DNA from: Clostridia bacterium | GTDB taxonomy: Bacteria > Bacillota > Clostridia > Christensenellales > UBA1242 | Length of the DNA: 64,000 bases | Assembly: GCA_017466725.1 (NCBI GenBank) | Contig: JAFTTP010000001.1 | Coordinates: 28,678 to 92,677, forward strand | Direction: 5' to 3' | Part shown: positions 48,347 through 57,252 of the stretch, in pieces | Numbering within the stretch: position 1 is the stretch's first letter | Layout: each line of letters opens with the position of its first letter | Position numbers and translations under genes: made by a program | Notes under the pieces: generated by a model | The model's database searches: none | Told to the model about the DNA's origin: nothing | The model's input: the letters and a program-made list of their open reading frames with translations, nothing else

Positions 48347-48772
48347 TTACTTTTGGGCATATTTGAGAGTGCGATATGCTCCACTTTTGTAAGTTTCTTC
48401 TATGTGGCAAACAAGAATATCACAATTATCAACAATCCATTCATTTCGTTTGACTATTTTTTGTTTGTAATGCAATTCTTCTATTTCAGGAAGTAAAGAG
48501 CCATCATAGCAAGACGGTAATTCATATTTATCCTTCTCATGATGATAGTATGTTAAAATGCGAATAAGTTTTATGTGTGGATATTTGTGTTTAAGTTCTA
48601 AAACAGCACTGGCACATTTTTTATCAAAAGCACCATAATTACCATCATAGAAAATAGTATAACCTTTGTGTATTAGTTCTTTTAATACTTGTAGAAGCTT
48701 ATCTTCAATTCTTATACAATGCCATTCATAACGATGACCTGCAAAGGCAACAATTTTATCTTTACTTAACAT
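48347..48772 (-). CDS. SLOG/DUF1273-like protein, possibly truncated by a premature stop
   Basis: AFAGHR, G..GAFD, RNEWIVD.CD, SGAY.T.KYA; frame continues NKPIIYI after the TAA. Confidence 0.75.
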   Translation of the reverse strand: MLSKDKIVAFAGHRYEWHCIRIEDKLLQVLKELIHKGYTIFYDGNYGAFDKKCASAVLELKHKYPHIKLIRILTYYHHEKDKYELPSCYDGSLLPEIEELHYKQKIVKRNEWIVDNCDILVCHIEETYKSGAYRTLKYAQK

Positions 48773-48936
48773 ATATGCTCCTTATTTAGATGGTTAAAAA
48801 CAAGCATATATTTCCCACACAATTATATATTAAATGGCAAAGATTTAAGGATTTATTGGTTGTAACAGTCATATAAAATCTTAAAATTGACAAAAATCAT
48901 ATTTAAACAAATCGACATTATTAAAAATAAGCATAA

Positions 48937-48971
48937 AAAAGACCACCTAATACTTTATTAGATGGTCTTTT
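48937..48971. terminator. Intrinsic terminator-like hairpin
   Basis: AAAAGACCAcCTAATA-ctt-TATTAGaTGGTCTTTT. Confidence 0.65.
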
Positions 48972-49065
48972 ATTATGAAATTAAAAAATATTTAGAAAAA
49001 GTTTTATCAAATTTAATTTACTCGCTTAATTTTTCGATTTTTTATGTCCTTTTAATAATAGAGGG

Positions 49066-49596
49066 GCTTTTAAAGAGTGGCATGAAAAGCAAATTATAAG
49101 ACAAAGAACAAATAAAGAAATAACTGCCGATTTAACAGCTAAAAGCTCTTATGTTTTTGCAAACGATGACGGAAGTGTTAGAACATATTCTGGTACTCGC
49201 AAGATTTTTGATAGATTTAAAAGAAGAAATAATTTACACAAATCAAATATTCACTTTCACGGTTTAAGACATACTTTCTCTAATATGCTGTTTGAAATGA
49301 ACGAAAATCCAAAAGTTATTCAACAACTGCTTGGACACAGAGATGTTAAAACAACAATCACAGTTTATAACTCTGTGGATAATGAGTATATCAGACAAAC
49401 AACAGAAAAGTTTAACGAGAAAGTTAAAGAAGACCAACTCATACTTGAACAAAAGAAACGTGATGAAATTTTAGAAGAACAAAAAGAAAAGTTTGTAAAA
49501 GATATGTCGGATGACGAATTTGATGATATGCTTCAACAACTTATGGAAGAACGAAAGGAACGAAAACGTAAAAAACAAAGTGAAATGGAAATGTAA
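49066..49596 (+). pseudogene. Tyrosine integrase, C-terminal remnant
   Basis: In-frame YVFAN...HFHGLRHTFS...IQQLLGH...TTITVY; in-frame stop at 49027, no N-terminal half. Confidence 0.9.
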
Positions 49597-49615
49597 TAAA
49601 AAATGGCAGTGAATG

Positions 49616-49714
49616 TTGAATTTGTTAAAAACTATATGATATAATGCTAAAAAAGGTTGAAGAAATGTTTTGTTTCTTCAACCTTTTGCATTTTATAAGG
49701 AGGTATGATATAAT
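49616..49714 (+). promoter_or_regulatory. Two tandem sigma-A promoters separated by a 15-bp perfect hairpin
   Basis: P1 TTGAAT-18-TATAAT (49616-49645); stem 49651-49687; P2 TTGCAT-17-TATAAT (49686-49714); both with TG extension. Confidence 0.7.
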
Positions 49715-49716
49715 AT

Positions 49717-50049
49717 TTGGAGAAAGGTCCTAGTACTTATGCTGAATACTGGACAAGTCCTTATGCTGAAGTGGAACATTATATAAGACATGGTAAGCAA
49801 ATGGGCTTTGAAAATAATATACAAGGTTATTCTAAAGCAGCAAGAACATTTGCATTGAAGGATGGAGAAAGCATAATATCTTTTACTGCAAATGAAAACA
49901 AACTTTATTCTACTTATAAGTACGATAAAGAAACAAATGAATTTATGATTATTTCTAGGAGTGGTAAAATAGTAACATATTTCCCACCAAGAAATGGTAT
50001 AGAGTATTTTTACGAACAATGTGAAAAATGGGGAGACCATTGGAATTAA
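49717..50049 (+). CDS. Orphan polymorphic-toxin-like domain (colicin D/BECR RNase-like)
   Basis: HYIRHG..MG...Y...A..F ... YD..TNEF.I....GKI.TYFPP..G..Y pattern; TTG start. Confidence 0.55.
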   Translation: MEKGPSTYAEYWTSPYAEVEHYIRHGKQMGFENNIQGYSKAARTFALKDGESIISFTANENKLYSTYKYDKETNEFMIISRSGKIVTYFPPRNGIEYFYEQCEKWGDHWN

Positions 50050-50060
50050 AAGGAGAAATT

Positions 50061-50363
50061 ATGAGTAATAGTATTAAAAATAAAAATGGAAAAATTATCG
50101 AAGTTCCACCATACAAATGTAAAGTATGTGGTATGGGGAATATTGAACAACCTTATGATATTTGTCATTTTTGTGGCTGGGAAGATGATGACATACAAAA
50201 TGAAAAACCAGACTATATGGGCGGCGCTAACGAAATGAGTTTAAATCAGTATAAGAAATTCTGGGAAGAAAATAAAGACGAAATTTTGGCAAATCTAAAA
50301 AATAATAGATTTTATGCAATAGAAAAATCACAAGAATATTACAATAAACTTTTAAAACAATAA
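50061..50363 (+). CDS. CPCC-family Cys-rich protein (putative immunity) 1
   Basis: CKVCG...YDICHFCGWEDD..Q...PDY.GGAN.MSLN. Confidence 0.85.
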   Translation: MSNSIKNKNGKIIEVPPYKCKVCGMGNIEQPYDICHFCGWEDDDIQNEKPDYMGGANEMSLNQYKKFWEENKDEILANLKNNRFYAIEKSQEYYNKLLKQ

Positions 50364-50374
50364 ACGAAGAGAAT

Positions 50375-50689
50375 ATGAAAAATACTAATAAAGAAATAAA
50401 TAAAAATCAAAATTTAGATACTCACCCATACAAATGCAAGGTGTGTGGCATGGGAAATATTGAACAATCCTATGACATTTGTCAATTTTGTGGTTGGGAA
50501 GATGATGATATACAAAACGAACAACCAGATTATATGGGTGGTGCTAACCACATGAGCTTAAATCAGTATAAAAAGTTTTGGAAAGAAAATAAAGAACAAA
50601 TATTAAAAGCAGATAACACTTGTTTTAAAGCAATTGATTTAGCAAAAAAATATTATGAAATAAATTATAAAAATCATAAGTTGAATTAA
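50375..50689 (+). CDS. CPCC-family Cys-rich protein (putative immunity) 2
   Basis: Core nearly identical to the previous gene; divergent tails. Confidence 0.85.
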   Translation: MKNTNKEINKNQNLDTHPYKCKVCGMGNIEQSYDICQFCGWEDDDIQNEQPDYMGGANHMSLNQYKKFWKENKEQILKADNTCFKAIDLAKKYYEINYKNHKLN

Positions 50690-50724
50690 TTTTAACCTAT
50701 GATTTTTTTATACAAGGAGATTAT

Positions 50725-51456
50725 ATGAAAGAAAAATATGAAGTAGATAACAACTTAATACAAGAAAAAACTGAATATGATAAAGAAAAGTTAGCAAAGA
50801 AACTTAAAATTGTAAGAAATAAATTTACAACAGTTGGAAAATATAATATGCCTCTAATAAAGAAACAAGAAATAGATTTGGATGAAATTGATTTATGGAA
50901 TTATACAAAATCAAAGTTGCAAGATAAAGATAACAAACATAAAACAATTCATTTTTTCACTTATGATTGGTTGTTTGAAAATGTATATGAAAAACCAGAA
51001 TTAACAATGGAAAAATTATCACAATATTATGCAATTTTATCCCCTGAATTTAGTTTGTATTGGGATATGCCAAAAGCACTTCAAATATATAGCACATTTA
51101 AAAATAGATGGTGTGGCGCGTTTTTTCAAAAACATGGAATGAAGGTTATTCCTACAGTTTGTTGTGCTGGTGAAGACAGCTATGATTTTTGTTTTGATGG
51201 AATAGAACAAGGTTCCGTTGTAGCTGTTTCCACCTATTGCAGAGAGGAATATAAACGAGAATTTATGAAAAGCTATAATAAAATGATGGAAGTTATTAAA
51301 CCTGCAGGAATTATTTGTTATGGAACACCATTTGAAGAAATGACTGGCAATATTAAGGTTATTAGTCCATTTGACCAAGAGGAATTAATTGCCAAAATGG
51401 GCTTTGATAATTATATGAAGAAATATTTGTCAGGCGAATTATATCCAACAAGGTAG
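50725..51456 (+). CDS. DUF4417-like protein
   Basis: IHFF.YD..FE, SPEFSLY.DMP, NRW.GA..Q..G..VIPTV, FCFDG...GS.VAVST. Confidence 0.8.
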   Translation: MKEKYEVDNNLIQEKTEYDKEKLAKKLKIVRNKFTTVGKYNMPLIKKQEIDLDEIDLWNYTKSKLQDKDNKHKTIHFFTYDWLFENVYEKPELTMEKLSQYYAILSPEFSLYWDMPKALQIYSTFKNRWCGAFFQKHGMKVIPTVCCAGEDSYDFCFDGIEQGSVVAVSTYCREEYKREFMKSYNKMMEVIKPAGIICYGTPFEEMTGNIKVISPFDQEELIAKMGFDNYMKKYLSGELYPTR

Positions 51457-51463
51457 GCACAGT

Positions 51464-52291
51464 ATGAAAGATTTGAAATTAAAAATTGAATTACTGCCTA
51501 AAGGTGCTTGGGGAAATGATTTTAGTAGAACTCTTTGTAAAAAAGACTGGGATATCCTAAGAAATGCATGTTATGAAAGAGCAAATCATAAATGTGCGAT
51601 TTGTGGATATGAAACAGATGATTTAGACGCTCACGAGGTATGGGATTTTAATATAGAAACAAAAACTCAAACTTTAATTGATATTATCGCCTTGTGTGGT
51701 AGATGTCATGGGGTTAAACATATTAGAAACTCTCAAAGATTAGGTTATGGAGAAGAAGCCAAAAGACATTTTATGAATGTAAATAAGTGTAGCGAATTAG
51801 ATTATGCTTCTCATTTAACACAAGCACAAATGGACTTTGAAGAAAGAAATAAGATTTATAGATGGAAAATTGTAGCCGACTTATCTAAATTTGGGCTTGA
51901 AAATGCAACAATAAAAGAAAAAAATATTCCGTTTGTTAGAAGCGTATATGAATATGTTGATTGGGCAACGATGTCGTTTGAAGATAAGAAAAAACTTTTT
52001 CAACTTTATCAATCTTCACCGCCAAAATATTGGATTAATCCACCTAAAGTAATATCAATTGAAATCGATAATTATCAAGGGACAATAGAAGTCTTATCTA
52101 ATGATACAAATAAAATTGAATGGTATTTAGATAAACAAAAAATAAAAACAAAATATAATGTTGTTGGTAAATTTAAAACAATATTAAAAGTAGAAAACTT
52201 AAATGGAAAAGAACTAACTTTTGCTTTATTTGGGGATGGTGGCAAAACTTTTTCAAAAATATTTGAACTTTTACCACAGGAGGTGCTATAA
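51464..52291 (+). CDS. HNH endonuclease with C-terminal beta-rich domain
   Basis: WDILR...Y......CAICG...LDAHEVW...LCGRCH.VKH. Confidence 0.82.
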   Translation: MKDLKLKIELLPKGAWGNDFSRTLCKKDWDILRNACYERANHKCAICGYETDDLDAHEVWDFNIETKTQTLIDIIALCGRCHGVKHIRNSQRLGYGEEAKRHFMNVNKCSELDYASHLTQAQMDFEERNKIYRWKIVADLSKFGLENATIKEKNIPFVRSVYEYVDWATMSFEDKKKLFQLYQSSPPKYWINPPKVISIEIDNYQGTIEVLSNDTNKIEWYLDKQKIKTKYNVVGKFKTILKVENLNGKELTFALFGDGGKTFSKIFELLPQEVL

Positions 52292-52587
52292 TGGGAATGT
52301 GTAAGCCAAGTGGCGGAATAGAAGCAAAAATCGGAAGAATTGGATGTTTAAAAGCAATATCAGTCCCAAACACAAGAATAGATTTATTTGATGAAAATGG
52401 TAACCTTATACAACAAAGATGGTATGGACCAGATGGACGAGCTATTTGGAATAGAGATTGGAAGCATAAAAATAACAATCCTAAAAAGCCACACAAATTT
52501 CCACATGACCATCCTTGGGACTGGAATCAAAAAGTTCCAAGATTAAAATATGATGAAGATAGAGATATAAATACAGATTATTGTTAA
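52291..52587 (+). CDS. Orphan polymorphic-toxin-like domain (Ntox24-like)
   Basis: PNTRID...Q.RWYG.DG.A..NRDW.H......H.FPHDH.WDW; TAATG coupling to HNH. Confidence 0.65.
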   Translation: MGMCKPSGGIEAKIGRIGCLKAISVPNTRIDLFDENGNLIQQRWYGPDGRAIWNRDWKHKNNNPKKPHKFPHDHPWDWNQKVPRLKYDEDRDINTDYC

Positions 52588-52607
52588 AATTAAAGGAGAA
52601 TAAAATT

Positions 52608-53060
52608 ATGTATAAAAAACATGAATATAATATAAAATCCTTATGTCCTGTTTGTGGTCATTCTGTAATGATTGATGAAATTGGTAATGGCGATAATTGT
52701 CCACATTGTGGCTGGGTACAAAATATAGGAAACCTTGAATACCCTGACAGGTTAGAATGCCCTAACTTAATATCATTAAATAAAGCAAAAAAATTATATC
52801 AAGAAGGTAAACCTTTTACACCAGATTTTGAAGATTTTATTAGCGGATACAACTTTTATGGAGAAATGGAATTCACATATAAAGGCATAACATATGGTTT
52901 GATGGGTATAGAAAATGAAGGTGTAGAATTTTGGGGAATAAATACAGATATATATCAAATGTTTAAGAATATAGAAGAGTTCGCAGAAAAAGCAAAAGTT
53001 GATGGAAAACCAATAAAAGATATTTGGAATGAAGTTGAAAATGCTAATTGGTTGCAGTAA
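52608..53060 (+). CDS. CPCC-like zinc finger fused to an immunity-like domain
   Basis: CPVCG...CPHCGW...PN.ISLN.AK, then EMEFTYKG..Y...KPIKDIW. Confidence 0.75.
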   Translation: MYKKHEYNIKSLCPVCGHSVMIDEIGNGDNCPHCGWVQNIGNLEYPDRLECPNLISLNKAKKLYQEGKPFTPDFEDFISGYNFYGEMEFTYKGITYGLMGIENEGVEFWGINTDIYQMFKNIEEFAEKAKVDGKPIKDIWNEVENANWLQ

Positions 53061-53065
53061 TAAAT

Positions 53066-53086
53066 TTGACACCTATTGACACCTAC
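53066..53086 (+). repeat. Right arm-type direct repeat
   Basis: TTGACACCTA TTGACACCTA C. Confidence 0.78.
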
Positions 53087-53326
53087 GGGAGCAGTTTTTG
53101 ATGGGTTTAGATGAATAATTTTTTGAGTTGAAATTTTGAGTTTGATTTGAGAGTGAATTTAAATGAAAACTGTTGTTAATTGTTGTCAAAATTAAAAATA
53201 GTTCGAATCTATCCCAGGAATTGAACAATGAAAAAACCCTTTAGTTTACACAAGAAATACGAAGTATTGCTTATAAAATAAGGGTCTTGTTTGTTGTATT
53301 ATTAACAGTCTTTTAAAATAATTTTA

Positions 53327-53719
53327 TTATTTTACATCATCTGGAGTAAAAGCGTGAGGTAATAGATCCTTTATTGTTAAAACTTCATAAGTGTTTTCAT
53401 CTTTTGCACAAATGATTTCAATGTTTGGTGCAAGTTCCACAATTACTTGTCTACATATTCCGCAAGGATATGCAATACCTTCGCTGCTACCAACCACAGC
53501 TAATTTAGTAAATTTACTATCGCCGTTAGATATTGCGGAGAAAAAAGCACTTCTTTCTGCACAGTTTGATGGAGAATAACCACAATTTTCCACATTTGTT
53601 CCTAAATAAACTTTGCCTTCTTCAGTTAATAATGCCGCGCCTACTTTGTAATTAGAATATGGAGAATAGGAATTTTGTCTAGCTTCTAAGGCTTTTTTGA
53701 TTAATTCTTGATTTGTCAT
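53327..53719 (-). CDS. cdd: Cytidine deaminase (homotetrameric type)
   Basis: YSPYS.YKVGAA, NVEN, CAERSA, PCGICRQ, LLPHAF. Confidence 0.96.
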   Translation of the reverse strand: MTNQELIKKALEARQNSYSPYSNYKVGAALLTEEGKVYLGTNVENCGYSPSNCAERSAFFSAISNGDSKFTKLAVVGSSEGIAYPCGICRQVIVELAPNIEIICAKDENTYEVLTIKDLLPHAFTPDDVK

Positions 53720-53737
53720 ATGCACCTCTATTTATTT

Positions 53738-53813
53738 TGGAGCTGTTACCGGGATTCGAACCCGGGACCTCCACCTTACCAAGGTGGTGCTCTACCTACT
53801 GAGCCATAACAGC
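53738..53813 (-). tRNA. tRNA-Thr(GGT)
   Basis: 76-nt cloverleaf: GCTGTTA/TAACAGC acceptor, CCACC-TTGGTAA-GGTGG, GTTCGAATC, encoded CCA. Confidence 0.97.
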
Positions 53814-53877
53814 ATAATAATCTCGTAAAACTTTACGAGGCTATTTTATCATATTTTTAATAAAAGTCAAATAGTTT

Positions 53878-55212
53878 TTATATCTTTTTTAAGCTTTCCG
53901 CAAAACATACAATATCACCTGCCCCTAGAATTGCAAAAAGTATATCGCCCTCTACTTTTATAATTTCTTGTTGGCACGATTCAAACGAATTGAAATACCT
54001 ACTGATAACTCCACTGCTGCACAAATCTTTCGCAAGCCCCTTGGAAGTAATGTCTGAAACCGAAGTTTCTCGCGCAGCATAAATAGGCAAAAGCCATACT
54101 TCTTTTGCCCCATTAAAACAAGTTAAAAATTCTTCATACAAATCGCGCGTCCTAGAATAAAGATGAGGCTGAAAAACAACAATCACATCTTTGTTTATAT
54201 TTCTACACGCATCAATAGTTGCTTTAATTTCTGTTGGGTGATGTGCATAATCGTGAATTACGAAGGGGGTGTTTGATATAAGTTCCATCCTTCGTGCAAC
54301 ACCTTTATATTCTATAAGTCCTTCTTTAATAGTGTTCAAATCAATATCTAAAAGAAGTGAAACCGCGATTACAGCAAGAGAGTTTTGCACATTATGTTTT
54401 CCAAATGCAGCAAGTTGAATATGTCCAGCATATTGATTATCAATGTGTAAATCATAACAAAATCTACCCGGCAAATGCTGCTTAACATTTGTCGCTTTTA
54501 AAAAACCATCATCACCAAAAGTTAAAATATTATGATTTTCATTTGAAAATTTATCAATAATTTGGTTGTTTATTACGCAAAATCCATATTTTTGTGTGTT
54601 TTTTGCAAATTTTTTAAAAGAATTATATAAATTATCTAAATTTTTAAAATAATCCATATGGTCACTTTCTATATTCAGCACTACAGAAATAAACGGTTTC
54701 AATGCAAGAAAACTATCTTTATATTCACATGCCTCAGTCAAAAAATATTCACCTTCACCTATATGCAAATTTGAATTTATATCATTTAATATTCCACCGA
54801 TATGCACAGTTGGGTCAAGCCCTGCTTTAAGCATTACACTGGCAAGCATGCCTGTTGTTGTAGTCTTTCCATGAGTACCAGAAACCGCAATGCATTTTTT
54901 TTGCATAGATAAATATCCCAGAACTTCTGCCCGAGAATAGATTGGCTTGTTAAGCATCTTTAACAATTTAACGTCTTCATTATCATCACCTATAGCCGCC
55001 GTTTTAATGCAAACATCGCATTGCTTAACAAACTCTGGTGCATCCCCTTCTCTCACCTCAATTCCCGCATGCTTAAGTTTATCAGCGATTGAAGAAATGT
55101 GCGCGTCAGTCCCCATCACATTAAAACCCATATGCTTTAACTGCATCGCAATTGCAGACATACTTATCCCGCAAACACCTAACACATAAATTGATTTAAC
55201 ATTTTCAAACAT
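53878..55212 (-). CDS. murC: UDP-N-acetylmuramate--L-alanine ligase
   Basis: GVCGISMS, SGTHGKTTTT, EACEY, DHMDY, DYAHHPTEI, FQPH.YSRT. Confidence 0.95.
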   Translation of the reverse strand: MFENVKSIYVLGVCGISMSAIAMQLKHMGFNVMGTDAHISSIADKLKHAGIEVREGDAPEFVKQCDVCIKTAAIGDDNEDVKLLKMLNKPIYSRAEVLGYLSMQKKCIAVSGTHGKTTTTGMLASVMLKAGLDPTVHIGGILNDINSNLHIGEGEYFLTEACEYKDSFLALKPFISVVLNIESDHMDYFKNLDNLYNSFKKFAKNTQKYGFCVINNQIIDKFSNENHNILTFGDDGFLKATNVKQHLPGRFCYDLHIDNQYAGHIQLAAFGKHNVQNSLAVIAVSLLLDIDLNTIKEGLIEYKGVARRMELISNTPFVIHDYAHHPTEIKATIDACRNINKDVIVVFQPHLYSRTRDLYEEFLTCFNGAKEVWLLPIYAARETSVSDITSKGLAKDLCSSGVISRYFNSFESCQQEIIKVEGDILFAILGAGDIVCFAESLKKI

Positions 55213-55277
55213 AATAAGATATATGCGCGTCTTTTATTTTTTTGTGTCAACAAGCTGTCATATTCATAAATAAAACT

Positions 55278-56132
55278 ATGAACAATGTTGAATATTATTT
55301 GGACTATCCAATTGCAAATTTAACCACATATAAAACACAAGGAAATGTGCCGCTTGTTATATGTCCTAAATCACCGGCAGAATGCATTTTTGTTTTAGAC
55401 AGACTCGAAAAGTTTAATTTAGGATATTTTGTAATTGGAAATGGCAGCAATCTTTTAATTTCACCCAAAACACAAAAAATTTGCATAAATTTAAGCAAAA
55501 TGAAAGAGAAAATTAAAATAAATGGCAATTTTATCAAAGTTTCTGCAAACACTTCGCTTGCAAAAGTTTACGCAACATGCAAAAAGGCAGGTTTGAGCGG
55601 CATTGAAAAAGCCTGTACCATACCTGCAACAGTCGGCGGATTTATAAAAAACAACGCATCTTTTATGAACGAAGACGCATTTTCACATTTGCATAATGTC
55701 ACAATGATATGCGACGGAAAAATTAAGACTTTAAAAAAGTCTCAATGCGAGCACTCCTACCGTCGAACCAACTTGCCAAACGGGATTATTATTTCCGCCA
55801 CATTCATGCTTTCGCCATCAAGCCAAGAAACTGTTGCTGCAAATTTTTTTGAAGCCATTTGTTACCGCAATCAAATTCAACCCAAAGGTTTTAGCTGCGG
55901 ATGCGTGTTTCGCAACCCAGAAGGGCTTTCTGCGGGCAATTTAATTGATAGATGCGGACTTAAAGGAAAATGCAAAGGCGGCGCGGTAATCTCTAACCAG
56001 CACGCCAACTTCATATTAAACGACAGCAATGCAACATTTGACGACGTAAAATATTTAATTGAATTTTGCAAAGAAGAAGTACAGCGTAAATTTGGAATTT
56101 TATTAGAGGAAGAGGTTGAGATTATTCAATAA
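55278..56132 (+). CDS. murB: UDP-N-acetylenolpyruvoylglucosamine reductase, divergent
   Basis: IGNGSNLL, IPATVGG, SYRRT, QP...SCGCVFRNP, HANFI.N, LEEEV. Confidence 0.9.
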   Translation: MNNVEYYLDYPIANLTTYKTQGNVPLVICPKSPAECIFVLDRLEKFNLGYFVIGNGSNLLISPKTQKICINLSKMKEKIKINGNFIKVSANTSLAKVYATCKKAGLSGIEKACTIPATVGGFIKNNASFMNEDAFSHLHNVTMICDGKIKTLKKSQCEHSYRRTNLPNGIIISATFMLSPSSQETVAANFFEAICYRNQIQPKGFSCGCVFRNPEGLSAGNLIDRCGLKGKCKGGAVISNQHANFILNDSNATFDDVKYLIEFCKEEVQRKFGILLEEEVEIIQ

Positions 56133-56155
56133 AAAAGAAGGCTGCAGCCTTCTTT

Positions 56156-56392
56156 TTATAATCCACTTTCGATGCCATCAAAAATATTATTGTACATTTC
56201 ATCAAGCATTTGAGATTTTTCATTCAAATTAAACGACATGCATTCGCCACAACTCTCAAACATTTCAATCATCATACCTATACGATTGACTTCTTTAACA
56301 AAAGTTAAAAATGCCTTATCTTTTAAATGCTTGTTTTCTGCAATAAAAATTTGATATTTGCACACCTTTTGTTTCAATCTTTCAATAGTCAT
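56156..56392 (-). CDS. Small hypothetical protein
   Basis: GAGGG RBS downstream of era; ends at a bidirectional terminator. Confidence 0.55.
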   Translation of the reverse strand: MTIERLKQKVCKYQIFIAENKHLKDKAFLTFVKEVNRIGMMIEMFESCGECMSFNLNEKSQMLDEMYNNIFDGIESGL

Positions 56393-56415
56393 CTTAGCCC
56401 TCGCAATTTTTTCTT

Positions 56416-57252
56416 TTAATATCCCAAATTTTTTACTTTTTGTGGTTTATTGCGCCAGTCTTTTTCTACCTTAACAAAAAGTTTTAACATCACTTTTTTG
56501 TCTAGCAGACCACTGGCAAACTTTCTGGCCTCTACGCCTATTTGTTTTAATGTTGCACCTGCCTTACCTATAATCATCCCCTTATGACGCTCCTGCTCGC
56601 AAACAATATCCGCATCAATATAGACGATATCTTCTTCCTCATAAAATCTTATAATTTCAACGGCAATTCCATGAGGTACTTCTTGATTTAATAATTCAAG
56701 CGCCTTCTCTCTTATTTCTTCTGCAATTAGAAATTTAACGCTTTTATCTGTGTAATACTCCGGTGGATATATGTACATTTTTTCGTCATATTCGGGCAAA
56801 AACTGCAGAATTTTTTCAACAAGTTTATCCACATTTTCGCCAGTTTTTGAAGACAATTCAATGTCGCATTCAACATCTTTCAGTTTAGGCAAATCAGTTT
56901 TTGTTTTTACAATCAGTTTTTCCCCTTCAATATGCTTGATATACTCAAGTTCTTCCTCATCAGGCGTTTTACTGCCATCAAGAAGATAAAGAGTCAAATC
57001 AACTCCCGCCAAAGCACTTCTCACGTTTTTCATCATTGCCTTATCAAGCAAATTTTTGCTATGATGCACCCCGGGCGTATCAACAAACACAATTTGATAG
57101 TCATCAGTTGTAAGTATCCCCAAAATATTATCTCTTGTAGTTTGAGGTTTGGAAGAAACAATAGCAACCTTTTCGCCAATAATTGCATTTAACAAACTAC
57201 TTTTGCCTGCATTTGGTCTGCCTACAAGGGCAACATATCCCGCCTTAAACAT
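56416..57252 (-). CDS. era: GTPase Era
   Basis: GRPNAGKS, KPQTTR, DTPG, KH domain IIGKAG..LK.IG. Confidence 0.96.
   Translation of the reverse strand: MFKAGYVALVGRPNAGKSSLLNAIIGEKVAIVSSKPQTTRDNILGILTTDDYQIVFVDTPGVHHSKNLLDKAMMKNVRSALAGVDLTLYLLDGSKTPDEEELEYIKHIEGEKLIVKTKTDLPKLKDVECDIELSSKTGENVDKLVEKILQFLPEYDEKMYIYPPEYYTDKSVKFLIAEEIREKALELLNQEVPHGIAVEIIRFYEEEDIVYIDADIVCEQERHKGMIIGKAGATLKQIGVEARKFASGLLDKKVMLKLFVKVEKDWRNKPQKVKNLGY

Larger units (their letters stand above)
45916..53783. mobile_element. Decayed integrative element / defence-like island at tRNA-Thr(GGT)
   Basis: Flanking tRNA 3'-half repeats, arm-type repeats near both ends, integrase remnant, visibly higher AT content, defence/toxin cargo. 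Confidence 0.85.

Noticed and set aside
49285-49596. 103-aa ORF as an independent gene
   Set aside because: It is the tail of the truncated integrase; the HGLRH motif lies in frame upstream of this ATG
45916-53783. Island as a prophage or conjugative element
   Set aside because: No structural, terminase, relaxase or T4SS genes present
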